DNA from: Eledone cirrhosa
Lineage: Eukaryota
DNA: 64,000 nucleotides
Direction of reading: 5' to 3'
NCBI GenBank assembly: GCA_964016885.1
Contig: OZ024759.1
Span: 14,012,001-14,076,000, forward strand
The stretch's first letter is position 1. Each line of letters opens with the position of its first letter. The position numbers were made by a program, and so were the translations under genes. Positions 13,645 through 24,865 of this stretch are shown here, one piece after another. The notes under the pieces were generated by a model. The model was not told where the DNA came from. It did not search any database and saw only the letters and a list, made by a program, of their open reading frames with translations.

Positions 13645-13945
13645 AAAGGGAAAAGCTTAACCGTTAGGGGGAGAATCTTTTTGATAATATATTTAGATCG
13701 TAAAACGCGGGTGTATAGACGTGGGATATATATATATATGATGTCTGTGTTTGCTCTAACGACGATCAAATCTTATAGATTATATATAATGGAAAAATAG
13801 TAAAATTTAACAATAAATATTCTTTTGTGTGTGTATGTATAATATGTGTTCTTGTCTAATGACCCTGTGATAAACAGGCGAAACACCAGGGTAGGGTGAC
13901 AAGACTCAATATTTAGCTTTCATAAAATGATAGATATATATATAC

Positions 13946-14095
13946 ATATTAGAAATGGCTTCTACAGGATTAGAACTGTTTCATTCGAAGGAAATCCATC
14001 AGGAAAGCCGACATAAAATTTAATATAGAAATAGCTTTCCTGGTGATTTCTTTCGAATGAAACAGTTCTAGTTCTGTAGAAACTATTTCTATATT
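13946..14095. repeat. Inverted repeat with ~60-bp arms
   Basis: tagaactgtttcattcgaaggaaatc..caggaaagc mirrors gctttcctg..gatttctttcgaatgaaacagttctag. Confidence 0.85.
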
Positions 14096-15191
14096 AAATT
14101 TTGTTGTATACACCTCTACTAATGTATTGAGTACCATACATACTGTGGTTACCCCCAATTGAACCCGGGACTCACGCACACACACATATATTATATATAT
14201 ATATATGATGCAACAAATACACAAATGCGTGCTGGTACATTGTGTGTGTGTGTGTGTGTTAATACTAGAGAATCCACGCACGTGTTTGTTGTATATTTCT
14301 ATCCATGTATCTCTCCCCCTCCTTCAGTGGGGATGGGGGAACAAATCAGCTAGCACTTCCTCCCTATCTGTCTCACTTTCTCTGTTATTCGTGGTGGTGG
14401 CGGCGGGGTATGTGGAATCAGATAACACTCCCCCTCTCTCTCTATATGTCTGTCTATCTTACTATTATCAGTGGAAGTGGTGGTGGGAAATCAACTAGAA
14501 CTCCGTCCCCTCCCTTATCTTGGTCTACGTAGTAACCGGAAACCAAGGAGACAACCCCCTCCCTCGCCCCACCATTGTCCACTCCCAGCCCTAGTAACAA
14601 CGGTGACCTCTTTTTTAATACCTTGTTGACCCGAAAAATTCACTTTTTCCTCTTCTCCCCCTATCTTTGTTAAGAGTATAAGATGGCGAGTGGGGTAGAA
14701 ACGCACTATTAAAAATAATAATAATTAATATTATTACTTCCATTTTTGGCTTAAATCCAGCAATTTGAAGAGAATTGGAAAGTCGTCCAGTACATTACTG
14801 GTACTTTATTTTATCGTCCCCGGAAGAATGAAAGGCGTGGTTGACCTCTGGGAGTTGGGACTTCCATATAATCGACTTTCTTCTCTTGAATTAGAAATCA
14901 TAATTATCATGATTGTAAGAAGAAGAAGGCATTGCCTTGTGTGTGTGTACTTGGGTAAGCTCTACGTAGTAGTTCTATCGTCTAGAAATAGCAGCTAAAT
15001 CCCCTTCCGATCACATTCTCTTCCGCCTTAAAATGAAACACAAAATTAGATAATGGAGTCTTAGATAGACGGTCGTAACTATGTGTGCTGGATTAATCGC
15101 ATGGCTGACCTGGGGGCTAAACAATAACGACCACTCACAATTCTTTCTATCGTAATAAACATTCTATATATATATATGTATAGAGAAAGTG

Positions 15192-15231
<40 letters not shown>

Positions 15232-15464
15232 TTAATTGGTATTTATTTGTCTTAGCTTCACTCAACAACTATCCTATCTGTATATAACTATATATACACA
15301 CATACATATTGTGTGTATCCCCTAGCTCCACTCAACGGCTATTCTATGTGTATATAACAATACACACACACATACACAAGAGTGTGTCTACTCCTTTAGA
15401 TTCCTTTATTAAACAACTTCCCCTAAATCTTTTGTTCGATTGAAAACAGAACATGGCGGATAGA

Positions 15465-15700
15465 TTTTTGTCTCATCTCTTGTCTGTCCTCTCTCCCTTT
15501 ACGATGAAACAGTCGTTTGTTTTGTCTCTCATCTCCTGTCTGTCCTCTCTCCCTTTACGATGAAACAGTCGTTTGTTTTGTCTCTCATCTCTTGTCTGTC
15601 CTCTCCCTTTACGATGAAACAGTCGTTTGTTTTGTCTCTCATCTCCTGTCTGTCCCCTCTCCCTTTAAGATGAAACATTCGTTTGTTTTGTCCCTCTTCT
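15465..15700. repeat. ~55-bp tandem repeat, about 4 copies
   Basis: tttgtctctcatctcctgtctgtcctctctccctttacgatgaaacagtcgtttg repeated. Confidence 0.85.
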
Positions 15701-15907
15701 CTCTCTCGTTAGGCTTGAGACGTTAAATCTGCTAAATATGTATAGACACACGGATAACTATAAAAATATGGTAACCATTAATAAATCGTGTAAAGTACCT
15801 CTGGGGATTGGGACAAAGCGGATTGGTGTGTATATATATATATATATACCCCCCCTTTATTTGGGACCCGATAGCATTCAAGGAGTCTCTATCTATCTAC
15901 CTATCTA

Positions 15908-15953
<46 letters not shown>

Positions 15954-16014
15954 CCCCCCCCTTTATTTGGGACCCGATAGCATTCAAGGAGGAGTCTCTA
16001 TCTATCTATCTACC

Positions 16015-16063
<49 letters not shown>

Positions 16064-16067
16064 TTCA

Positions 16068-17067
16068 AATGCCCTAGATGGTTCTATAGAAATAGTTGAC
16101 ACTTTCCGTTACCTGGATGATGAAATCAGCAGTGGAGGAGGGTGTTCCGAAAGTACAGTAGCTTGGGTAAGAACGAGATGGAGAAATTTCAGGGAGTAAT
16201 ACCACTGCCAGTAGCTACAAAAGTTTTTTTTCTTAAAATGAAGGGCAGATTAAGAGCAATGTTGCATGATAGTGAGACCTGGGCATTGTGTACAGAGGAG
16301 CTGCACAGATTGGATAGAAATGAAGCATGCACGCTCCAATGAATGTGTAATAGTAATATGCATCAATGGCAAAGCGTATATGAACTGAGAGAGAAATTAG
16401 GCATAAGAGGGATCAGATGCAGTGTGCAGGAGGGGAGAATGCATTGGTATGGTTATGTGATGCGTATGAAGGACGACAGCTGTATAAAAAGGTGCAAGGC
16501 GATCAAAATTGATGGAAGCTATTGGAGTAGGAAGACCCGAGACAAGGTGGTAAAAGCTGACCTTGCACAATTGCACCTCGTAGACAATGACGGGATCGAG
16601 GTCTTTGGCATTATGCAGCTATACAGAAGACACGCCTTCCCATGCGCATGGACTCAAACTTACATCTAGTAGGCACCTCTTAACCACTATCCCCCCTTCC
16701 ACACACACCCACCCACTTTTGTCCACACCTCCCTTACACTGTAAAGTTATGTTGGTATCACAACAAAAAAAGCATCCAGCCCACACTGTAAAATGGTCAT
16801 GTAAGTGTCTTGACAAAAAGCACCCAGCCCACACTGTAAAGTGCTCATGTAGGAGTCACAACAAAAAGCTCCCAGCCCACAATGTAAGTTAGTTGTAGGT
16901 GTTAAGACAAAAAGCACCCAGCACTCACTGTATATGTGGTTGGCATTAGAAAGGCATCCAGCTGTAGAAATCTAGCCAGAAACAGTTCTATATGAGCAAG
17001 ACATGGTCACCTGACCCAACTTGCCTCTAATGGGACAACCCACCTAACTCATGCTGATGATGATGAT
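16068..17067 (+). mobile_element. Degenerate 3' fragment of the RTE-like LINE (frameshifted) with 3' UTR and (GAT)n tail
   Basis: ORFs 16142..16342 and 16343..16669 carry AMLHDSETWAL and WYGYVMRMKDDSCIK, matching the 21.6-kb ORF. Confidence 0.85.
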
Positions 17068-17233
17068 CTTTTCCTTCCTGTGTTTTGTTTTGTTTCATTT
17101 ATTAACTATATTATATCCATCCATCTATCCATTGTGTGCATGTATTTTTTGTATTGCATTCAAACTAAATAGTTCATTGTGTAATTTCTCAGGACTAAAT
17201 GAAGAGTTAGATACCTTCTTTTCCTTGAATACA

Positions 17234-18118
17234 TACTCTCGGGTCCCAAATAATAGCGGGGGGAGGGGGGATCCGTAATATTTCTAGGTTGTCTCTGTTT
17301 GATTAAAAAAAACCGAGAATTAGTTTAGTTAACATATTGAGACCCCAACCCATCCTATTTATTTTATAATGGAGGCACATGGCTTAGTGGTTAGAGCATT
17401 GGATGGAGGCACATGGCTTAGTGGTTAGAGCATTGGCCTTGCAATCGAAAGGTTGTGAGTTCAATTCTCAGACCGGGTGATGTGTTGTTTCCTTGAGCAA
17501 GACACTTTATTTTACTCAGCTGTAGAAATGAGATGATAGGGACTGGGGTCAAGTGGTCATGGAGGTGCCACGGCAAAAAAGCACCCATCACTCATTGTAA
17601 ATGAGGTTGGTGTTAGGAAGGGCATCCAGCTGTAGAAATCAAGCCAGAATCAGTTCCCGTCCCACCCTTGCAAACAGGGAAAAAGCGGACGTAAAATGAA
17701 ATGATGATGATGATGGGATTTCTTATAACGTACTTTCTTTGTCATGTATGTTTTTTTAAACCCTTTAGCATTTAAGCCGGCTATATCTAACCTGAATTCC
17801 CTTAGCTTTTTCTGTTTAAACCAGCTGCTCATGTAGATGTTAAGGTATTATTCTCAAAATAAATGTCAAAATCTTGTAGATTCGATATTGTGAAATAATT
17901 ATGTAAGGTAAAGACTTAACTGTGAAAATTCAATAGTATATATAGAGTAATGTAAATGTTAAAGGGTTCATGTATGAAGAAAAATGCCACAGGGATGCTA
18001 CCACTTAAAATAATATTTCACCAGAGATGGATTAGCAAAATTTAAGGGAGGGGGCTGATCTGAAAAATTAAAAAGCGGAGGAAGGGGGCTGGGGGTTATT
18101 ATTTGATACCCGAGAGTA
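17234..18118. mobile_element. TA-flanked TIR element containing a nested SINE and a family A MITE
   Basis: Inverted termini tactctcgggtcccaaataa ... ttatttgatacccgagagta. Confidence 0.6.
17371..17714 (+). mobile_element. CORE-type SINE copy with a duplicated head
   Basis: Near-identical to 46441-46786; the first ~34 bp are tandemly duplicated. Confidence 0.85.
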
Positions 18119-18154
18119 GTTTTACTATAATTTTATGAAGCTCACAATCCATGT

Positions 18155-18492
18155 GTATCATCATCATCACTGTTTTACATCCATTCTTCCATGCATGGGT
18201 TAGATGGGTTGTCCTGTTGTGGGCAATGCCAGGAACTGATTTTGGTCTAGGTGCTTTTTTGTCGTGACACCTCCACGACCACTTTACAGTGGGAGGGGTG
18301 TGGGGGGCATATTGTCTATATACTTCAGCTTCGGCTTGTACCCGTGGGAAGTCTGGTCTTCTGTGCTAATGCATAACGCCAGAAGTCTCGATCCTGTGTC
18401 ATTGCCTTTGAGAGGTGCTATTGGGGAAGGTCAGCTTTTATCACCTCATCCCAGGTCTTCTTGGGTCTCCCCACTCCAAGGCTTCCATCGGT
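18155..18492 (-). mobile_element. Short 3'-end fragment of the RTE-like LINE
   Basis: Minus strand encodes DGSLGVGRPKKTWDEVIKADL; tail appears as catcatcat on the + strand. Confidence 0.75.
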
Positions 18493-18584
18493 GTGTATAT
18501 ATATATATATATTTATATATAAATATGTGTGTGTGTGTGTGTATATATGTGTGTGTGTATATATATGTGTGTATATGTGTGTGC

Positions 18585-18638
<54 letters not shown>

Positions 18639-19414
18639 GCATGTTTATATATATATATATATGCGTGTGTATATGTATGTATATATATATATATGTATGT
18701 ATGTGTGTGTGTGTATATATATGCGTGTGTGTGTGTATATATATATGCGTGTGTGTGTGTATATATATATATGTGGGTGTGTATATATCTATAATGTTTC
18801 GGATGAAAGGAAATGTGTCAGGGACACTTATGATGTCAAAATATCAATTATTGTTCTAAATCGTTAATACACTAAATTAGGAGTTTCGTTGGATTTGACC
18901 AGAAATTTTAAAATTACATATCAAGGATAAAACTTAAAACAAAAAATAAAGCGGAAATCGATTGTATTGGCCCAGGATTTGATTGGCATTTTATTTTATT
19001 GACCCAGAAGGATGATGGGTAAAGTTGACCTCGACCGAATTTGAACTTAACTCATGCTGTCAAGTAAAGGCCCCCCAACCACCAGGCTGCAGACCGGTGC
19101 CAGTCTATGAGTCATTTGCTACCGGGCCACAAAGAAATAATTAACTTGTTTAAAATTATATAAGATAAATTGAATATTGTATTTTAGTTTAAAAAGATTT
19201 ACATGAGAGTGAAAAGATTATACACTTTTTCTTCCCTTCAATAAAATGTTCTTTTTATTATTGCTCTCTTTATTGAAATGCCCTTAAATAGCACATATGT
19301 GCTACTACCAGTCTGCGGAAAGATTATCCAGCATGAAGCCGGTCCATGGTATAAGAAAGGTTGGAAACCACTGCTGTAAAGCATTCTGTCCAACATTTTA
19401 CTGCTATAATAATT

Positions 19415-19590
19415 GTTTCTACTTTTGGCACAGGCCAGCAATTATCCAATGCATTACTGGTACTTTATTTTATCGACCCCCGTAAGGATGAAAGGCAAAG
19501 TTAACCTCGGCAGGATTTGAACTCAGACCATAAAGGAATGTAACTGTGCTGGAAAGCATGGCATTCGACCCTCTACCGATACTGCCAATC
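19415..19590 (-). mobile_element. Second tRNA-derived SINE family (other copies near 1350-1525, 9555-9690, 14740-14850, 25375-25530, 31260-31480)
   Basis: Recurrent ttactggtactttattttatcgacccc..gatgaaaggcaaagttaacctcggcaggatttgaactcag; B-box-like gagttcaaatcc on the minus strand. Confidence 0.7.
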
Positions 19591-19916
19591 CCCTGCCCTT
19601 TTACTGCTATACTAATAAAGATGATAATAATGATAGGTTCTGTTTTGAGGAGGTGGGGGGGGGGGGGATCAATTAAATCGATCACAAGTAACTCTATGCC
19701 TCAAAGCATGTTCGACACTCTACCGATTCTGCCAAATAATACTAATGGGTTTTTATTTAGGAACAAGGCTGGTAAATATGTGAAATATAATCTGAGGCAA
19801 CGGTGAGAGTGAAGCAAACACATTTTCTATCTTCTCTACACTTTAAATGTTTTAGCAATTCTCCCCTCTACCTCCCTATCTCTTGGTCTCTCAGATGTAT
19901 GTAATATAGATACTAT

Positions 19917-19955
<39 letters not shown>

Positions 19956-19974
19956 TAATATCTTTCTTTCCTTT

Positions 19975-20595
19975 TAACGTCCATCTTCCACGCTAGCATG
20001 GGTTTGGATGGGAATTTTCCCACTTGAGGCAAGATTGGTTGTCTTGCTTGTATAGGACTGTCTGGCAGGTTTTCTACGGCTGGATGCCCTTCCTAACACC
20101 AACCACGTTTACTGTGTGGACTGGGAGGTTTTTACCGTGTTACCTACACGGCCACATTACAGCGTGGACTGTGTGTTTTTTTTGTTGTGACACCTACACG
20201 ACCTCATTTGTTTCGGACTGGATGTTGTGGTACCAACATAACTTTACATAGGAAGGTTTGGATGGGGTGGGGGTGGTGGGGCGGGGGTGTATTTTTGTTA
20301 GAGGTGCCTACTGACTGTAGGTTTTGCTTTGTACTTAGGCAAGGCGGGTCTTCTGTATTACTGTGTAGCGCCAAAGATCTCGGTCCAGTGACATTGTCTT
20401 GGAGAGGTGTAAGTGTGTGAGGTCGGAATTTATCAAGTCGTCCCAGGTTTTTCTGGGTCTGCCTACTCCGTGGCTACCGTCTATTTTTATCGCCCTGCAC
20501 TTTTTTATACAGCTGTCGTCTTTCATGCGCATCACGTGACCGTACCAACGTAGTCTTCTCTCAAGTAAACAGCATCTGATCCCTCTTATTCTTAA
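19975..20595 (-). mobile_element. 3' fragment of the same RTE-like LINE family, inverted
   Basis: ORF 20335..20535 is nearly identical to the C-terminus of ORF 21590..23251, and the 3' UTR also matches. Confidence 0.9.
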
Positions 20596-20804
20596 TATAT
20601 AACCTATAGAACTCTCTCTCTATATATACACACACACTGTAAATGTGGTTGGTGTTAAGGACATCCAGCCGTAGAAAATCTCCCAGAAACAGTTTTGTAC
20701 GAGCGAGATACGGTCACCTGACAATCTTGCCTCAAGCGGGATAAACCTGTCCAGCCCATGCTACCGTGGAAGTTGGATGTTAAACGATGATGATGATAAA
20801 ATGT

Positions 20805-21075
20805 GGAGGCACGTAGCCTAGTGGTAAGGGTATTGGACTTACAATCATGTCTTGGGTTCGATTCCTGGGCTGGGTTGCGTGTTGTGTTCTTGAGCAAAAG
20901 ACTTCATTTCATGTTGCTCCTGTATACTCAGCTGAAAATGAGTACCAGCAATAGCTGGGGGTTTAACTCTGCGATGGACTGGCCTTCTGACCAGGGAGGA
21001 GTCTTGTACTTTCAGTCACTTTACACCATGGAACCGGGATAAGCACCGGCCTAACGAAATTTCTTGTTCAAGACA
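20805..21075 (+). mobile_element. tRNA/CORE SINE, related subfamily (another copy at about 57815-58050)
   Basis: tagcctagtgg A box, ggttcgattcc B box, ttcttgagcaaaagactt core. Confidence 0.7.
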
Positions 21076-21395
21076 GACTTTAGCTATATATATATATACA
21101 TATACACGCAACAAAAGGCTCCCAGTCCACACTGTAAGGTGGTTGTGCTGTTGTCATAACAAAAACCACCTAGACTATCATGGCACCAAGATAACCAACT
21201 ACACTTTTAGATGATCATTTTGGTGCCATGATAAAAAAGCCTCCAGTACACACTGGTTGGCATTAGGAAGGGCATCCAGTTGTAGAAACCAAACCAAAAT
21301 ACAGGTCTGTATGGTCAGCTAGCCTGACCTGTCTCATAACATCTAAATGTAATATATATATAGAATATGTATAGATATTGATGTATAATGTAATA

Positions 21396-23704
21396 GAATA
21401 TGGCAATGTGTCAAGGAAAACCGTGATATTGTCGAGGAGAAGTGTGTACTTAACGATGATGGCATACTTGCCATCACCGACGCTGATAAGAAGGTAGCTT
21501 GGAAGTGTCACTACGAAAGGCTTCTAAATGAGGAGAACAAATGGGAGAAAGACAGTCTCCCCCAGATCGACCCAATAGAGGGACCAGCAGTGTTAGTCCA
21601 GGGTAGTACAATAAGCAAGGCAATCAAAGATATGAAGACGGGTAAGGCGGCTGGTCCTTCGGAAATAGTTGCTGAGATGCTGAAGGCATCTGGTTCGGTG
21701 GGACACACCATGGTCACCCGGATAGTTAACCAAGTCGTACAGAATGGGGTTGTTCCGAAGGACTGGCGTAGCAGCATCATCGTTAACTGCTATAAGGGAA
21801 AAGGAGATGCCCTAGATAGGAGTAACTATAGAGGCATTAAATTAATCGACCAGGTCATGAAGGTCACGGAAAAAGTAATAGCGCAACTAATCAGAGAGAG
21901 AATTGATCTAGATGAAATGCAGTTCGGATTTGTGTCAGGCAAAAGTACCACAGACGCTCTTTTCATTGTACGACAACTACAGGAGAAGTACCTAGCTAAA
22001 AGTAAACCCCTATACTTAGCTTTCGTCGACTTGGAGAAAGCCTTCGACAGAGTCCCCCGTTCCATTATCTGGTGGTCTCTTAGAAAACTAGGTGTTGACG
22101 AATGGCTTGTGAGAGCTATACAAGCCATGTATAAAGAAACAGTCAGTAAGGTTAGAATTAACAACGAATATAGTGAAGAGTTTAGCGTAAAAGTTGGTGT
22201 CCATCAGGGCTCTGTTCTTAGCCCCCTACTATTTATTATTGCCCTTCAGGCTATAACAGAGGAGTTCAAGACCAGCTGCCCATGGGAACTCCTATACGCA
22301 GATGATCTAACGCTCATAGCTGAATCAATGACCGAACTAGAGAAGAAATTCCAAACATGGAAGCACGGCCTAGAATCAAAAGGCCTTAAAATTAACCTGG
22401 CTAAGACTAAAGTTCTAGTTTGTAGGAAAGAAAATAAGGCGGCAGTCCCATCTGGGAAATGGCCATGCTCAGTGTGTAGGAAAGGCGTAGGTAGAAACTC
22501 CATTTTATGTCCCAAATGCAAAGTATGGATGCATAAAAGATGTAGTGGGATCACAGGTAAGCTAACTAAGAACATAGATTTTACATGTGGCCGGTGCTCT
22601 GGTGCAATAAGTAGCAGCAAGTGCCCACAAAATACTAGCTCCTTCAACTGCGCAGAGGGTTCTATAGAAATAGTGGACAGCTTCCGTTACCTGGGTGACA
22701 AAATCAGCAGTGGGGGAGGGTGCTCTGAAAGTACAGTAGCTAGAGTCAGAATTGGATGGAAAAAGTTCAGAGAGCTTATACCACTATTAGCCGCTAGAGG
22801 GTTCTCCCTAAAAATGAAAGGCAGTTTATACGATGCCTGCATACGAACAGCAATGCTGCATGGCAGTGAGACCTGGGCATTGTGTGCAGAGGATATACGC
22901 AGACTAGAGAGGAACGAAGCTTGCATGCTCCGCTGGATGTGCAATAGTAATATACGTGAACGGCAAAGCATAAACGAACTAAGGAAAAAATTAGAAATAA
23001 GAGGGATCAGATGTTGTTTACTCGAGAGAAGGCTACGTTGGTACGGTCACGTGATGCGCATGAAAGACGACAGCTGTATAACAAAGTGCAGGGCAATAAA
23101 GATAGACGGTAGCCACGGAGTAGGCAGACCCAGAAAAACATGGGACGAGCTGATAAATTCTGACCTCACACGCTTACACCTCTCCAAGACAATGTCACTG
23201 GACCGAGACCTTTGGCGGTACTCAGTAATAGAGAAGACCCGCCTTACCTAAATACAAAGTAAAAACCTATTACAGTCAGTAGGCATCTCTATCAAAACCC
23301 CCCCGTCCCACCACCTCCACCCCATCCACACCGCCCCTTTCAATGTAAAGTTATGTTGGTCCCACAACATCCAGGCCGAAACAAATGTGGCCGTGTAGGC
23401 AACACGGTAAAAACCTCCCAGCCCCACACTGTAAATGTGGTTGGTGTTAGGAAGGGCATCTAGCTGTAGAAAACCCGCCAGACAGTCCACGCTGTAATGT
23501 GGCCGTGTAGGCAACACGGTAAAAACCTCCCAGCCCCACACTGTAAATGTGGTTGGTGTTAGGAAGGGCATCCAACTGTAGAAAACCCGCCAGACAGTCC
23601 TATGCGAGCAAGACAACCACTCTTGCCTCAAGTGGGAAAACCCCCGTCCAAACCCATGCAAGCGTGGAACACGGACGCTAAACCTGATGATGATGATGAT
23701 GATG
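21396..23704 (+). mobile_element. Young 5'-truncated RTE-like non-LTR retrotransposon (LINE) with 3' UTR, (GAT)n tail and 19-bp target-site duplication
   Basis: Stop-free frame from about 21395 to 23251; (gat)n tail 23686-23706; attgatgtataatgtaata at both 21377-21395 and 23705-23723; no endonuclease domain present. Confidence 0.93.
21590..23251 (+). CDS. Reverse transcriptase ORF (5'-truncated) with a C4HC3 PHD-type zinc finger
   Basis: RT motifs NYRGIKL, QFGF, FVDLEKAFDRV, GVHQGSVLSP, YADD; CSVC..CPKC..HKRC..CGRC; C-terminal FRYLG and RRLRWYGHVMRM typical of RTE-like LINEs. The frame extends about 65 codons upstream of the GTG. Confidence 0.92.
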   Translation: MLVQGSTISKAIKDMKTGKAAGPSEIVAEMLKASGSVGHTMVTRIVNQVVQNGVVPKDWRSSIIVNCYKGKGDALDRSNYRGIKLIDQVMKVTEKVIAQLIRERIDLDEMQFGFVSGKSTTDALFIVRQLQEKYLAKSKPLYLAFVDLEKAFDRVPRSIIWWSLRKLGVDEWLVRAIQAMYKETVSKVRINNEYSEEFSVKVGVHQGSVLSPLLFIIALQAITEEFKTSCPWELLYADDLTLIAESMTELEKKFQTWKHGLESKGLKINLAKTKVLVCRKENKAAVPSGKWPCSVCRKGVGRNSILCPKCKVWMHKRCSGITGKLTKNIDFTCGRCSGAISSSKCPQNTSSFNCAEGSIEIVDSFRYLGDKISSGGGCSESTVARVRIGWKKFRELIPLLAARGFSLKMKGSLYDACIRTAMLHGSETWALCAEDIRRLERNEACMLRWMCNSNIRERQSINELRKKLEIRGIRCCLLERRLRWYGHVMRMKDDSCITKCRAIKIDGSHGVGRPRKTWDELINSDLTRLHLSKTMSLDRDLWRYSVIEKTRLT

Positions 23705-24528
23705 ATTGATGTATAATGTAATATATATAGAAAATGTAGAGGTATTGGTGTATAATGCAATATATAGAACAGTCTGTATAGGTATTGGTGTATAATGTAA
23801 TATATAGAACAGTCTGTATAGGTATTGGTGTATAATGTAATATATAGAACAATCTGTATAGGAATTGGTGTATAATGTAATATATATGTATAGATATTGG
23901 TGTATAATGTTATAGAACAATCTGTATAGGTATTGGTGTATAATGTAATATATAGAACAGTCTGTATAGGTATTGGTGTATAATGTAATATATAGAACAA
24001 TCTGTATAGGAATTGGTGTATAATGTAATATATATGTATAGATATTGGTGTATAATGTTATAGAACAATCTGTATAGGTATTGGTGTATAATGTAATATA
24101 TAGAACAATCTGTATAGGTATTGGTGTATAATGTAATATATAGAACAATCTGTATAGGTATTGGTGTATAATGTAATATATAGAACAATCTGTATAGGTA
24201 TTGGTGTATAATGTAATATATAGAACAATCTGTATAGGTATTGGTGTATAATGTAATATATAGAACAATCTGTATAGGTATTGGTGTATAATGTAATATA
24301 TAGAACAATCTGTATAGGTATTGGTGTATAATGTAATATATAGAACAATCTGTATAGGTATTGGTGTATAATGTAAAATATAGAACAATCTGTATAGGTA
24401 TTGGTGTATAATGTAATATATAGAACAATCTGTATAGGTATTGGTGTATAATGTAATATATAGAACAATCTGTATAGGTATTGGTGTATAATGTAATATA
24501 TAGAACACTCTGTATAGGTATTGGTGTA
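23705..24528. repeat. 40-bp minisatellite (tagaacaatctgtataggtattggtgtataatgtaatata), about 20 units
   Basis: Exact period 40 at 24061-24520; degenerate copies at 21340-21395 and 24865-25170. Confidence 0.95.
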
Positions 24529-24529
24529 A

Positions 24530-24865
24530 GAGTAAAGACCTCCTTTGGTCACGAATGATGAAGGGATTTACACCTGGAAAGTTTCCCTTCTAAGGCTCAA
24601 TTCTGGATAAGGTTGTTTGTTGAAGACCAGCAGTTGCCCATGTATACCAGTCTCCCCTCTCCATGCCACCAATGTTGTCCAAGGGAAAGGCAATGGCTGA
24701 TACAGCTTGGCACCAGTAACGTCGCAACTCATTTCTACAGCTGAGTAAACTGGAGCAATGTGAAATAAAGTATCTTGCTCAAGGACACAACGCATCACCC
24801 AGTCTAGGAATCAAACTCACCACCTCATGATTGTGAATCCAACATTCTAAACCACTAAGTGACAT
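24530..24865 (-). mobile_element. tRNA/CORE SINE of a related subfamily (different tail), inserted in the 40-bp minisatellite
   Basis: Reverse complement shows cttagtggtttagaatgttgg, gagtttgattc and tgtccttgagcaagatacttt. Confidence 0.75.

Noticed and set aside
18264-18867. Overlapping ORFs of 68-176 aa
   Set aside because: Antisense LINE end plus TA/TG microsatellite translations.
23248-24552. Minus-strand ORFs of 164-276 aa
   Set aside because: Translations of the 40-bp minisatellite and the antisense LINE UTR.
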